Assembly (NCBI GenBank): GCA_963808625.1 | Contig: CAWEHK010000016.1 | Location: 1 to 41,146, forward strand | Origin: an uncultured delta proteobacterium | GTDB taxonomy: Bacteria; Desulfobacterota; Syntrophobacteria; Syntrophobacterales; Syntrophobacteraceae | DNA: 41,146 bases | Reading direction: 5' to 3' | Part shown: positions 19,606 to 30,129 of the stretch, in pieces | Layout: each line of letters starts with the position of its first letter | How positions within the stretch are numbered: position 1 is the stretch's first letter | Notes under the pieces: generated by a model | Database searches by the model: none | The model's input: only the letters and a program-made list of their open reading frames with translations | What the model was told of the DNA's origin: nothing | Position numbers and translations under genes: made by a program

Positions 19606-21141
19606 TCATGGCGTGTCCCTCAGCATGGCCTTAATTTCCGCCATCAACTCAACAATGCGCTGCTCTTTTTGCAGGATGTCGTCAGCAAGCCGTTCCGGAG
19701 GGAGATGTTCAAAATCCTCCCTGCCCCTTGGGTTCTTGCGGTCGAGATTGCAGCTGCCATCCAGCAATTCCAGAGCATTCACTTTCCAGGCGCGGTCGTT
19801 CTCCTCCCGCTTTTTCCACCATTCCATGCACGCGCGGAACTCCTCGAACTGAAGGGCCATGGTTTTTGTGTAGTTTTTCCGGCCTTCGGGGAGCGGGTGC
19901 TCGTAGTACCAGACGTCCCCAGTCGGCCCGGAGCGGTCGAAGAAGAGAACATTCGTTGGGATGCTGGTATACGGAGCGAAAACACCGTTCGGCAGGCGGA
20001 CAATGGTGTGGAGGTTGAACTCCTTGAGCAGTTCCTCCTTGATGCGGGCGCAGATGCCGTCGCCGAAAAGCGCGCCGTTGGGCACGACGACGGCGGCGCG
20101 GCCCGGTTTGGGCGGCCGCCGCAGTTTGCGCATGATGAGCTGAAGGAAAAGCAGCGCAGTTTCCGCCGTTTTCTTGTCGTCCGGGAAATTGCCGAGAATG
20201 CCGCGTTCTTCCTCGCCGCCGAAGGGTGGGTTGGTGAGGATGATGTCCACGCGGTCCTTGTCGCCGATCTCGCGGAGCGGGAAGCGAAGGGCGTTGAGCG
20301 GGTCGATGTTGGGCGCCTCCGCCCCGTGGAGGAGGAGGTTCATCTGGCAGAGGAGATAAGGCAGCGACTTGGCTTCGACGCCGAAGAGGGTGTCGCGCTG
20401 GAGGCGGCGGTGATCTTCGGTGGTCTTGCACTGTTTCTTGAGGTGCTCGAAGGATTCCACGAGAAAGCCGCCGGTGCCGCAGGCGGGATCGAGCACGGTT
20501 TCACCGAGGCGCGGGTTGACCACGGCGACGATGAACTTCACCAGCGGGCGCGGGGTGTAGAACTCGCCGGAGTCGCCCGCCGCATCGCGCATCTCCTTGA
20601 GCATGGACTCGTAGAGGTGCCCGAGAGTGGAAATCTCTTCCGAGGATGTGAAGTGGATGGAGTGAATCTTGTTGACCACGTCGCGAAGCAGGTAGCCATT
20701 GAGCATCCGGTTAACGGTGCCGGTGAAGACGGCGCGGATAACATCGCGGCGGTCTCCGCCGTTGGTGCCGGTGAGGGACCGCAGATAGGCGAAGAGGCCC
20801 GGTCCTTTGGACCCGTCCGGGCGGGTGGCTTCGTCGTTCTGAATGAAGGCGACGAGGGCGTCGCCGGTGATGCCGTCGGCCTGGGCGGCCCAGTCGCGCC
20901 AGCGATAAGGCGGCTCGATGGCGGGTCGGAAGCGCTTTCCTCCCAACGCGGCCTCGGCCTCCCGTACCTGCTCCATGTCGTCGAGGAACTTGAGGAACAT
21001 CACCCATGTGAGCATGGGCAGCCGGTCAAGGTCACCATTGAGGCCCTTGTCCTTCCGCATGATGTCGCGGCAGGACTTGACGAGGCTGCCGAGGGATTGA
21101 GCTGTGGTCGTCGGTGCAGGGGTTCTTTTCATTCTTGCCAT
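19606..21141 (-). CDS. hsdM: Type I R-M N6-adenine methyltransferase
   Basis: DIMRKDKGLNGD, GEFYTPR, DPACGTGGF (motif I), NPPFGG (motif IV), IVRLP.GVF.PYT. Start is uncertain (21132-21150). Confidence 0.96.
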   Translation of the reverse strand: MARMKRTPAPTTTAQSLGSLVKSCRDIMRKDKGLNGDLDRLPMLTWVMFLKFLDDMEQVREAEAALGGKRFRPAIEPPYRWRDWAAQADGITGDALVAFIQNDEATRPDGSKGPGLFAYLRSLTGTNGGDRRDVIRAVFTGTVNRMLNGYLLRDVVNKIHSIHFTSSEEISTLGHLYESMLKEMRDAAGDSGEFYTPRPLVKFIVAVVNPRLGETVLDPACGTGGFLVESFEHLKKQCKTTEDHRRLQRDTLFGVEAKSLPYLLCQMNLLLHGAEAPNIDPLNALRFPLREIGDKDRVDIILTNPPFGGEEERGILGNFPDDKKTAETALLFLQLIMRKLRRPPKPGRAAVVVPNGALFGDGICARIKEELLKEFNLHTIVRLPNGVFAPYTSIPTNVLFFDRSGPTGDVWYYEHPLPEGRKNYTKTMALQFEEFRACMEWWKKREENDRAWKVNALELLDGSCNLDRKNPRGREDFEHLPPERLADDILQKEQRIVELMAEIKAMLRDTP

Positions 21142-21146
21142 AGGGT

Positions 21147-23501
21147 TCAAGCTGCCTCAGCGTAAAGGAGTGTTTGCATGTTCTCGATTGCGGCGCGGAG
21201 TTGGTCTACGCCACCGAATTTGTTTGCGATCTCCAGCACATTGCCGTGGCTGGAGAGCGGTGCGATCTTCAAAATATCCGGGACCTTGAATTGCGCGGTC
21301 CCGTGTTCGATGTACTTGTCGAGAATCTCGTTCAGGATCTCGCGGGACTCCGGCTTGAAACGCTCCCAAAAGTCCACGCGGCCTTTGCGCAGTCGTTCGG
21401 CCCGCTCGCGGCGGGTGCGCAGGGGTGCGTTGAAGGCGACGTAGCAGAGCAGGTCGAACGGGTCAGCTTCGGGTTGGCCGGTGTTTTCGGCGAGCTGCTC
21501 CAGGGTGATGCCGCGCTCTTCAAGGGCTTCGATAATGGCGGTGCGCTCCTGGGCGTTGCTCCAGCGGGCGCGAAGCTCGGCGGCGGAAGTCCACAGCTTG
21601 CGCACCTTCTCGGAGGCATAGTCAGTGTATTTGACAACGCTAAGTTGCTTGCCGTCGGAGTCGAGTTCGTAGACCACATGCGCAGCGATGGCGACCAAAC
21701 CTCCGTCCACGTAGAACTTGCGGGGAGGCGGTTCAGAAGCTTCCAACGGCTCTCCGGAAGGATCGCCCACCTCGGGATAGACGATGCCTTCCGGGAGAAC
21801 TTCCGGCTCGGGGATCGGCTCGTCAAGAGAGGTTTCCGTGGGCAGATCGATGGGGTCTCCGTCGAACTCCGGGTCGGCAAAGAGCCGTGTCGCACTACCG
21901 GTGTAGTCCAAAATGGAGAACCAGAGCTTACCATAGTCGGCGCGAACGCGGGTCCCGCGGCCGATGAGCTGTTTGAATTCCGTCATCGAGTTGATGATAC
22001 GAACGATGGCAATGTTCTTACAGGTGGGAGCGTCAACGCCGGTCGTCAGCAGTTTCGAAGTGGTCAAAACGACTGGTGTCGCGCGTTCGAGTTCCTGAAA
22101 ACGGCTCAGGTGGCCTCGCCCAATGTCGCCTTCGTCGGCAGTGACGCGGGCAACGTAATCGGGGTGTTTCTGCGCCAGATCGGAGGAGTAGTTGTTGATC
22201 GCCTGGCGCATTTCATCGGCGTGTTCCTGGTCTACACAGAAGACCATGGTTTTGGCGTAGGGGTCGGAGCGTTTCAAGAAATCAACGATGCTCTTGGCGA
22301 TCGCCTGCGTGCGAGCCTTGAGCGCGACGAGGCGTTCGAAGTCCGGGGTCTGGTAATCCTCGTCAGGGATGGCGCGGCCATAGCGGTCCAGTTCGTCTTT
22401 GGACGGCCGCCAACCGGTCGCATCGACATCGGTGACGATGCGATGGACGCGGTAAGGCGCCAGGAAACCGTCGTCGATGCCCTGCCGCAGGCTGTAAGTG
22501 TAAACCGGGTTGCCAAAGTAGGCGTAGGTGTCACGGTTGTCTTGGCGGAGCGGGGTGGCCGTCATGCCGAACTGATAGGCGGGCTGGAAGTAGGTGAGGA
22601 TTTCGCGCCAGTTGCTTTCCTCACGAGCACTGCCCCGGTGGCACTCATCGACAATGATCAGATCGAAGAACTCCGGGCTGTAGTCACGGTAAAGACCGGG
22701 CCGGTGTTCGTCTTTAGCAATGGCCTGGTAGGTGGCAAAGTACATTTCACGGCTCTTGACGGCTTCGCCCTGGATCTTCCAGCGGGCATCCCCGAAAGGC
22801 GCAAACTGCTTGTCCTTGGGGTCATCGACCAGGATCGAACGGTCGGACAGGAAAAGGATGCGGGGACGGCGCGGTTTGTCGGCGCGGTTCCAGCGGGTGC
22901 TCCAGAGTTTCCATCAAAGGTGAAAGGCAATGTCGGTTTTTCCCGTACCGGTTGCCATGTTGACCAGGACGCGGCGCTGCCCGCTGAGGATGGCGCGGAT
23001 GATGCGGTTGATGGCAATTTCCTGGTAGTAGCGAAGCGGCTTTCCTGGTACGGGCAAGCTGGGTGAGAGGAACCGCTGTTCCTGCTCGTCACCCTTCAGC
23101 CCGATATCGGGTTGGAGACGTTTCCAGAGATCGTCGGGCGAAGGAAACGCATCGAGATTGGTTTCCTTACCGGTGAGGAAGTCGTGCTCCACAATACCAT
23201 GCCCGTTCGTCGCGTAGGCAAACTTCAGGTCCAGAATCTGCGCGTATTCCTTAGCCTGCTGCAGACCATCGCCGGGATTCTTGTGTGAGGCCTTAGCTTC
23301 AATCACAGCGAGCATCAGGTTGGGCCGGTAGCGCAGGAGATAATCGGCTCGTTTTTGTGGACGTCGCCAGACCTTGGTACCCGCGACCATGATACGCCCA
23401 TCGGTAAAGGTCCGCTGTTCGCTGATCTGGTCATCGTCCCAGCCAGCCTCGTAGAGCTTCGGCAAAACGTACTTTCGACAGGTATCAGCTTCAGTTGCCA
23501 T
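21147..23501 (-). CDS. hsdR: Type I restriction endonuclease subunit (EcoEI/EcoAI-like) with an in-frame TGA at 22914-22916
   Basis: ADY...VIEAK nuclease motif, MATGTGKT, DECHRG, GMTATP, QLIGRGTR. ORFs 22914..23501 and 21147..22745 are in the same frame and joined by 56 open codons after the TGA. Confidence 0.92.
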
Positions 23502-23525
23502 GGTTAGGATTGGGATTTCCAGCTT

Positions 23526-23702
23526 TCAAGCATATTGGGCAACAGCCACTGGGCGCTTTGTAGCAAAATTCTGGCGATGAAGCTTGATTCGTTCGATCTC
23601 ATGGAGGGTCTCTGCCGTGAGATAGCTCTCGCCACAATGGGGACAACTAACGACCGGGACATTCTCGATGACCAGCAGGCGGTCCCCTTTGCCGTAACTC
23701 CG
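23526..23702 (-). pseudogene. N-truncated YgiT/MqsA-type zinc-finger protein
   Basis: Manual translation RSYGKGDRLLVIENVPVVSCPHCGESYLTAETLHEIERIK...*; the first CxxC pair is missing. Confidence 0.7.
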
Positions 23703-23899
23703 CAAGATACGGGGACGGCTCTACCCGGGTGAGTTTGCTCGATCAGTTCCGAGATGAGATCTCTAAAAAGGCCTCACTCAATCCAGATCGATCAGGCTCA
23801 CAGCAAGCGGTTACAACTTCCACGGCAAACGACGGGGCAAGAATAAGTCAAAAAAGGAAAGTCAGCAACATCTTTCAGTCAGGTTGTTGGTGATCCCGC

Positions 23900-24110
23900 C
23901 ACCGATTGCCTTACAGAGCTTGCCCACTTCTGCGGCGTGATTATCCCCAGGAACTCTCACTCCGCCTCCACCTTGAATGGGCTCCAGAATCAGCGCCACC
24001 ACATGATCGTCGTGCGCTCTTCGCAGTGCTGGGATATCATCATATGGGACGAACCTGTAGGCTGGCAGCAAAGGGCTGAACTTTCGCCAACAGATGGCTC
24101 CCATCGTCAA
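23900..24110 (-). pseudogene. Internal fragment of a class III aminotransferase (ArgD-like)
   Basis: FSPLLP.YRFVPYDDIPALR......VALILEPIQG.GGV.VP. Confidence 0.7.
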
Positions 24111-24318
24111 GGTTCTAAATCGGTTAAGCGGGATCCCTTTAGGTGGTGGCAGAGTCGCAAGGTTTCAACCGTCCTGTCCCTCTTCCCCGTCTTTTGCACC
24201 CCCTTCGGTCAGCGCCGGGAACGGTCAAAACCTAGACTTTTGTTGCGTCGAATGCTATTCTCATCCACTAACAGCGGCGACGAATTCTTCGATAAGGATA
24301 ATTTTGCAGAAACAGAAT

Positions 24319-26262
24319 ATGCAAATCTCGAATTGTTTTTCCCACCGTCATGGGGGAACTTTTCTCTTCCTCATACTCTTTCTTCTTGCATCATTTTTGA
24401 CGCGCGTCGTCCTCTTGTTTAAATCCTATGATTTGATCACCCGAGGGCTATCAAGCGTTATCGCCGTTTTCTTGTGGGGGTTTCTCTATGACCTGGCGGC
24501 AGCATTTTACGCTGCCATCCCCATCGTCCTCTATCTGACCCTTTTGCCTGAAAGGGTCTTCGCAACGCGTTTTCATCGAGGGCTCGCCGCAGTCTTTTTC
24601 TTCGTTGTCCTCTATGTCTTGCTCTTCACCGCGGCGATCGAGTGGTTTTTCTGGGAAGAATATGGAACTCGTTTCAACTTCATTGCCGTCGACTATCTCG
24701 TTTATACTAAAGAAGTCCTGGGCAACATCTATGAATCCTATCCCCTGGTCCCCATCATGGGCGGAATATTGCTTTTGGCCGGCCTCCTTTTCGGCGTCCT
24801 TCACCGGACCGGCTGGATGAAGCTATGGTTCCAGTCTTCCAGTTCGTGGAAAAGCCGTCTGGCCACGGGTGCAGGCATACTGTTCGTGCCGGTGCTTTTT
24901 ACTATCGGGCTGGATAATCGCGCCGCAGGAGGGTTCGCCAACAATTACCATCAGGAGCTTGCAAAGAATGGCCTGTACTCATTTGTCGCCGCCTTTCGCG
25001 ATAATGAACTCGATTACTCTAAATTTTATCGGACCGAGAGCGATCGGGAAGCCTTCCGGCGGGTGCGGGATCTTATCGGGACAGACAACTCAAGCTTCCT
25101 TTCGGATGACCCTTTCGACATCTCGAGATTCATCAACAACCAGGGTAAGGAAAAATTCTATAACGTCATTCAAATTACGGTTGAAAGTCTTAGCGCGGAA
25201 TTCTTGTCAGCGCTCGGCAGTCAGGAAAACCTTACCCCAAATCTTGACCAGTTGGCCAAGCAGAGTATTTTCTTTACCAACTTCTTCGCAACCGGCACCC
25301 GAACCGATCGCGGCATGGAAGCCCTCACCCTTTCCGTACCCCCGACACCGGGACGATCCATCGTCAAGCGTCCTTATAACGAAAATCTTTTTTCCCTGGG
25401 TTCGGTCCTCCAATCGCGTGGTTATGACACGGCATTCATCTATAGTGGTTATGGCTATTTTGATAATATGAATTATTTTTTTGCCAACAATGGTTACAAA
25501 GTTATTGATCGAGCCACAGTACCAAAGGAGGCAATCACGTTCGCCAATATCTGGGGAGCCTGTGATGAAGATTTGTACAATTGGGTATTGGATGAGGCTG
25601 ATCGCTCTTACAGCAACGGCAAATCGTTCTTTCATTTTGTCATGACCACATCAAACCATCGGCCTTTTACTTATCCGGCCGGGAAAATCGATATTCCTTC
25701 CGGCGCCGGTCGGCACGGTGCGGTGAAGTACACGGACTACGCCATTGGAGAATTGATCCGCAGGGCGAGGGAAAAGCCATGGTTTTCCAACACCGTATTT
25801 GTGATTGTGGCCGATCATTGCGCCGGGAGCGCAGGAAAGACCGATCTTCCCATCGACAATTACCGAATCCCTCTTATTGTCTACAATCCGGATCTGCTGC
25901 CCCCTCAAAGAGTTGACAAACTCTGCAGCCAGATAGATTTCGCACCCACCCTTCTGGGGTTGCTGCAATGGAGCTATGAGAGTCAATTTTATGGGAAAGA
26001 CGTATTGCGGATGAGCCCCGAAGAGGAGCGCGCCCTCATGGGAACCTACCAGGTGCTGGGCTATATGAGACAGGGCCTTCTGACTGTTTTAAAGCCGATT
26101 TCTGCACTGGCGACCTATCGCTACGATCTCGCAAGTGGACGTCTCGATCCCGCAGGTGAAGATGCAGAACTGGTCAAGCAGACCATCTCTTATTATCAGA
26201 CGGCCAGCTACCGGTTTCGCCATCATCAAACAGGACTGGTGGCCAACGCCGGTCATGACTGA
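24319..26262 (+). CDS. LTA synthase family / membrane sulfatase
   Basis: N-terminal TM helices, FWEEYGTRFNFIAVDYL, VESLS, TPNLD, GTRTDRG, TTSNHRPF, VADH, SQIDFAPT. ATG 24319 preferred over 24094. Confidence 0.9.
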   Translation: MQISNCFSHRHGGTFLFLILFLLASFLTRVVLLFKSYDLITRGLSSVIAVFLWGFLYDLAAAFYAAIPIVLYLTLLPERVFATRFHRGLAAVFFFVVLYVLLFTAAIEWFFWEEYGTRFNFIAVDYLVYTKEVLGNIYESYPLVPIMGGILLLAGLLFGVLHRTGWMKLWFQSSSSWKSRLATGAGILFVPVLFTIGLDNRAAGGFANNYHQELAKNGLYSFVAAFRDNELDYSKFYRTESDREAFRRVRDLIGTDNSSFLSDDPFDISRFINNQGKEKFYNVIQITVESLSAEFLSALGSQENLTPNLDQLAKQSIFFTNFFATGTRTDRGMEALTLSVPPTPGRSIVKRPYNENLFSLGSVLQSRGYDTAFIYSGYGYFDNMNYFFANNGYKVIDRATVPKEAITFANIWGACDEDLYNWVLDEADRSYSNGKSFFHFVMTTSNHRPFTYPAGKIDIPSGAGRHGAVKYTDYAIGELIRRAREKPWFSNTVFVIVADHCAGSAGKTDLPIDNYRIPLIVYNPDLLPPQRVDKLCSQIDFAPTLLGLLQWSYESQFYGKDVLRMSPEEERALMGTYQVLGYMRQGLLTVLKPISALATYRYDLASGRLDPAGEDAELVKQTISYYQTASYRFRHHQTGLVANAGHD

Positions 26263-26514
26263 TTGTGTCTCTCCGCCGGTCATTTACTTTGAAGGACGCA
26301 GGTTACCCGGAGTTACGCACGCTGACGGAAACGGCAGAAGACATGGGGAACTCTTCATCAATCGAAGCCAGGCCCATCTGCACTCCACAGAAAGGTCGGA
26401 AGCGGTGGAAGGCATGGGGAACATTTTCATGCCGGGCGAGGGAGAACAATCCTCAAACGGTCGGCCAGAGGGGGGACTACGAGGCAGGGGCCGCGTCTCT
26501 GTGCGTGTTTGCTC

Positions 26515-26908
26515 CTAAAATTTCTTTTCAACCGCGAGGCCGAACTGCTTGTTTGACCCGGTACGAATCAGCGGTCTTAAGATGAGTTTGTCGGTGATGA
26601 GGCGTGCCCGCCGCCACACCCAAGAAATCGGCCAACAAATCGGCGCCCGAAAATCCGGCATCGCCCATGGAATCCAAGACTTCCACTGTGAGTCCGGGGA
26701 CCATGCCGAAGATCATTCCAAAGGCGAACCGGTATTCAGGTACAATCTGGCTACCCACGACGGTGGCGATGCTTCCAGCCGCAAAGCCGCCCACAAAATG
26801 CGCCCTCTTGTCCGGCTCGATGCCTCCAGCGTGAACATCAATTACATTGGTCAACAGGAAGAAAGCAGCAAGCAGCAGAAATCGTCTCACGCAAGTTACT
26901 CCTCTCAT
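26515..26908 (-). CDS. YfiM/DUF2279-like exported or membrane protein; frameshift near 26606
   Basis: Signal peptide, DKRAHF and GFSGADLLADFLG. The shifted frame ends LITDKLILRP...FGLAVEKKF*. Confidence 0.55.
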
Positions 26909-27025
26909 CGCAATTCCGGCGAACACGTGCCCGAAGCCACCATCCGCAATTATCATGCCCGGGGTGTAAGGAAAAACCGATGGTCAGCACTACAAAGATG
27001 TTGAAGGATCGCTTTCAGGCGTTGT

Positions 27026-27054
27026 ACGATACGAAAGCACAAAACACCTGTCAA
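27026..27054 (-). promoter_or_regulatory. Sigma70-type promoter candidate for the YfiM-like gene
   Basis: Minus strand TTGACA, 17-nt spacer, TATCGT. Confidence 0.45.
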
Positions 27055-27086
27055 GAATAGATTTTTTCCCAAAAGGAGATGGTTCG

Positions 27087-27479
27087 ATGGTGAGGGGATT
27101 GAAGTGCTTATTCGCAGTATCGGTTCTCGTATTGGTTGGGTGTGCAAGCACCAGGCAATTTGTGCCCGAGGCAGGCGTACGTAATGTCAGTGCCGAAACA
27201 GCAGTCATTTCAGTCGAAAGAAAGCATTCTATCCTGGTGGGGACCGTCAGGGCTGTTACGGTCGAGGACAACGGAAAAGCGGTCGGGGAAATTGGGAGGT
27301 GTGGCAAACTTACGTGGGAGCGCCCGGCGGGAGATATGAAATTGACGCTTGCCAAATCTTTCGGGATGGTTAAGGGCGATGTTCAGCCCGTGGAAGCATC
27401 CGTGCAGGCTGGAAAAGTTTATAAATATTATGTGGAGTGGAGTGAGGAGAAACACAGCTTCATTCTCGTAGGGGAATGA
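27087..27479 (+). CDS. Hypothetical lipoprotein
   Basis: Hydrophobic signal with lipobox LVGC; AAGGAG RBS upstream. Confidence 0.7.
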   Translation: MVRGLKCLFAVSVLVLVGCASTRQFVPEAGVRNVSAETAVISVERKHSILVGTVRAVTVEDNGKAVGEIGRCGKLTWERPAGDMKLTLAKSFGMVKGDVQPVEASVQAGKVYKYYVEWSEEKHSFILVGE

Positions 27480-27756
27480 GAGCCGTCATGATCGAGAATC
27501 CATGAAATTGGGCGTGCCGATTGAACCCGGGAATCTTCCTAAAAGGAGCAAGGCAGCGCCTGCAGCGGGAACCCGACCGGCATGGTCTCCTCCAGCAGCC
27601 CAGCGGTGCGCCCGACGCGGGTCGGGTTGCGCCCGGGCAGCACTTTGATGCGGTAACAGTGGACTCCACCACCATCGTCCCTCTTTCGTTCTCCGTCGTT
27701 CTCTGCGCCTCTGCGCGAGTTTATTTTCATCATGCAATACTGCAACGAGACTTCTC

Positions 27757-27789
27757 GCAGGGTGGGCAAAAGCGGAAGCGTTGCCCACC
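27757..27789. repeat. REP palindrome (G[T/C]AGGGTGGGCA class)
   Basis: GCAGGGTGGGCAAAAGCGGAAGCGTTGCCCACC; same class as 29338-29428. Confidence 0.65.
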
Positions 27790-27908
27790 GAAAAAGGCTG
27801 CCACGCCTTTCCCGTGGGCAAGATAAACATCTGCTGGCACGGATGAAATGGGGAGGAATTGTGTTGAGAAGCCAATAGAGACCGTTTGCAACGTGCGATT
27901 TGCACTTG

Positions 27909-28039
27909 GAAACTATCTCAAAATCGTCAGGACGCTCTCAATCGTCATTCCGGCGAACGCCGGAATCCAGGTTTTCAGTGGGGTTCTGGACCCCGGCTTC
28001 CGCCGGGGTGACAATATGAACCAGTTTTGAGATGGTTTC
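27909..28039. mobile_element. 131-bp MITE, copy 1
   Basis: TIRs GAAACTATCTCAAAA / TTTTGAGATGGTTTC, internal GTCATTCCGGC...GCCGGAATCCAG palindromes, flanks TTG/TTA. Homologous to the reverse complement of 38823-38953. Confidence 0.8.
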
Positions 28040-28560
28040 TTACGGGCTTTTCTCCACAGGATAGTCAGCCTCAAGCCATGCCTTGATTCCGCCCGGTTGG
28101 CGATAGACATTGGTATAACCAAGCTTTACGGCCCACATGGCGGCATTGTGGCTGCGAGCGCACTTGGTGAAGCCGCAGTAGAATACGATCTTGCGGTCTC
28201 TTGTCGGGACCGAGGAGCTTTTCGAACTTCTCCCTGGCTCCGGCATCCATTTCCTTCATTTCCTCAAGGGGAAACTCCATCTGTACGGCACCGGGGATGT
28301 GGTTCTTCTTGTAGCTGTCCTCGAAAGGCATGGTATCGACAATCAGCATCGGCTCTTTCTTGTCGATCCACCCTTTGAGCTCTTCCGTCGAGACTATCTT
28401 GTATCCGCCTTTGGAGACCTGATTGGCGAACGCAATGGCGAGCTTTTCATTTTCCAGTTCCTTCGTTCCCCATTCGAGGGCAAATGCATTGCCGCAAAGA
28501 CAAAGCATGAAAACGACTGCCATGATCCATAACCCAACTCCGCCTCTCTCTTCCTGCCAT
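28040..28560 (-). CDS. Exported rhodanese-domain protein; frameshifts near 28530 and 28200
   Basis: Signal peptide, LIVDTMP...Y...HIPGA, then KIVFYCGFTKCARSHNAA.WA.KLGYTNVYR.PGGI.AW. GGAGG RBS before ATG 28560. Confidence 0.88.
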
Positions 28561-28589
28561 CTGAACGCCTCCCTTTGATCATCTTCGAT

Positions 28590-29060
28590 TTATGATTGAA
28601 CTCCGCACTCCATTCCAGAACGCTTCTGAAACCTGCGCCACATGAAAAGATAGCTCACTATTCCCAGCAGCCCCAGGTCCCGGTAAAAAGCGATCCAGAG
28701 GCTGTTCCGGGCATTGAGCTCTTCGGCCGAAAAGCACCCGCAGTCGACGTCCAGGTTGTTCATGATGCCGTATCCCAGGAGGGCAAGGAACATCACAAGC
28801 AGCCCCGAGATGACCTTGAGGCTTCCCCGAATGTCAAAGACGAGTCCCAGGCCTGCCAGGAGCTCGATGGCAGGAAGACCGATGGCCACAGGAACCAGCA
28901 GACTATCCGGAACGAGGCCCCACTCGGAAATCGTTCGGGCAAAAGCACGCGGGCTTATGAGCTTCGCTCCCCCGGCCCAGATGAAGACACTACCGAGGAG
29001 GACTCCACTTGCACGGTATAGCCAGGGCGAACAGAAAAAAACACGTTTTAGGGGCGACAT
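28590..29060 (-). CDS. MauE/DoxX family redox-associated membrane protein
   Basis: LG.VFIWAG..KL..P..FA, LP.IELLAGLGL, DVDCGCFS, RDL. Confidence 0.88.
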   Translation of the reverse strand: MSPLKRVFFCSPWLYRASGVLLGSVFIWAGGAKLISPRAFARTISEWGLVPDSLLVPVAIGLPAIELLAGLGLVFDIRGSLKVISGLLVMFLALLGYGIMNNLDVDCGCFSAEELNARNSLWIAFYRDLGLLGIVSYLFMWRRFQKRSGMECGVQS

Positions 29061-29337
29061 AGGGAAATCCCTGCCTTATTCAAAGCAAGCACGATCCTCT
29101 TGACTACTGGACTCATGGCTCCTCGGTGAAGCCTGCAACGATTAAGATGTGAGGATTTGCTCCCCAAGTCAAATTGGTTGTGCAAATGGTTTCTGATGAT
29201 ATGGATTGAAATGGTCTATGGGGTTTGCAACCGAAAAACCGGATTCCGCCGGAATGAGGAAACGGTGCCCGGAAAATCGCGCTTATGATTGCGATCAAGC
29301 ACTGGTACCGCTTAGGCGAGAGTCCGCAACCAGTTCC

Positions 29338-29428
29338 GGTGGGCACCAAAAGACGTGCCCACCCTACGTCAGATCCCTGCGAGGAACAGAGTATCGTAGG
29401 GTGGGCACAGCGCTTTATCGTGCCCACC
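29338..29428. repeat. REP doublet (GTAGGGTGGGCAC...GTGCCCACC class)
   Basis: GGTGGGCACCAAAAGACGTGCCCACCCTAC and GTAGGGTGGGCACAGCGCTTTATCGTGCCCACC in opposite orientations. Confidence 0.8.
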
Positions 29429-29458
29429 AGGATTGGATGAGATTTCTGCCGTGCCGTA

Positions 29459-30118
29459 CTAGCTGCCTACCAGGCGATAGATCAGGATTACGGGCTTATC
29501 GCCGCCGGGAAGAACATCTTCCCTGCCCTTGAAGCGTGAATTGGGAATGATGAAACGTTTTGCGGGCGAAATGTTCGGATACTCCGCATTGCTGGTAATG
29601 GCGACCCAGCAACTCTCCAGGCAGGTAAGACAGCCGGTGTGGTTCCCCTCGGCCGCCTTTCTGTTTCCTCCAAACCGGATTGCAAAACCTTTGCCACTTT
29701 CGTCGTAGAAAATGTCATCGACCTTCAACTCCTTTCCCAGACCGGGCCAGGTGGCGGTCAACTCGAGCAGGTCACCTTGCACGGGAACGTTCAGGACGTC
29801 TTTGGTAAGGTTGTTGCCGGGTTTGGCTCCAATCTCGAGGAGCGCATCGTGAAAGGCAAGATGGTTGACATATGCTTTCAAGATGGCCTTGTCGCCATAC
29901 TCGCCGTCTTTGGAAACGACGCCCCAGTGGGGGTTGGTCTCATGGAGGCCCTTCTCGTTCACTTCGGTGTAGATGAGTACCCGCTTGCCTTCCTTGTCAA
30001 CGATTAACGGATTGTCCCTGGTGGGCAGCTTGTCCTCAGCGGCAAACGCTGGAGAGATGGAAACCGTAAGTAAGACCACCAAGAAGAAAGCAGTCAGGAA
30101 ATACGGGAACTTTTTCAT
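29459..30118 (-). CDS. YdjY-domain exported protein
   Basis: Signal peptide MKKFPYFL...AFA, HWGVV..DG, FHDALLEIGAKPGNNL, RFGGN, TGCLTCLESC.V.ITSNA. AAGGAG RBS. Confidence 0.75.
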   Translation of the reverse strand: MKKFPYFLTAFFLVVLLTVSISPAFAAEDKLPTRDNPLIVDKEGKRVLIYTEVNEKGLHETNPHWGVVSKDGEYGDKAILKAYVNHLAFHDALLEIGAKPGNNLTKDVLNVPVQGDLLELTATWPGLGKELKVDDIFYDESGKGFAIRFGGNRKAAEGNHTGCLTCLESCWVAITSNAEYPNISPAKRFIIPNSRFKGREDVLPGGDKPVILIYRLVGS

Positions 30119-30129
30119 TAGAAGCTCCT

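Larger units (their letters stand above)
18271..19609 (-). pseudogene. Decayed RhuM/Fic-DOC family gene, split around the RAYT
   Basis: N-fragments: MNGKTLRTDEATDGEIVIY, TCAKNAQ, NVYNLHIANQD (19330-19609). C-fragment: ADGTRYSVGNALVAVTLLMAEDRPQDKNIL...IVNLINKRNL* (18271-18400). ATGA overlaps with the hsdM stop and the hsdS start. Family call is from motif recall. Confidence 0.55.
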
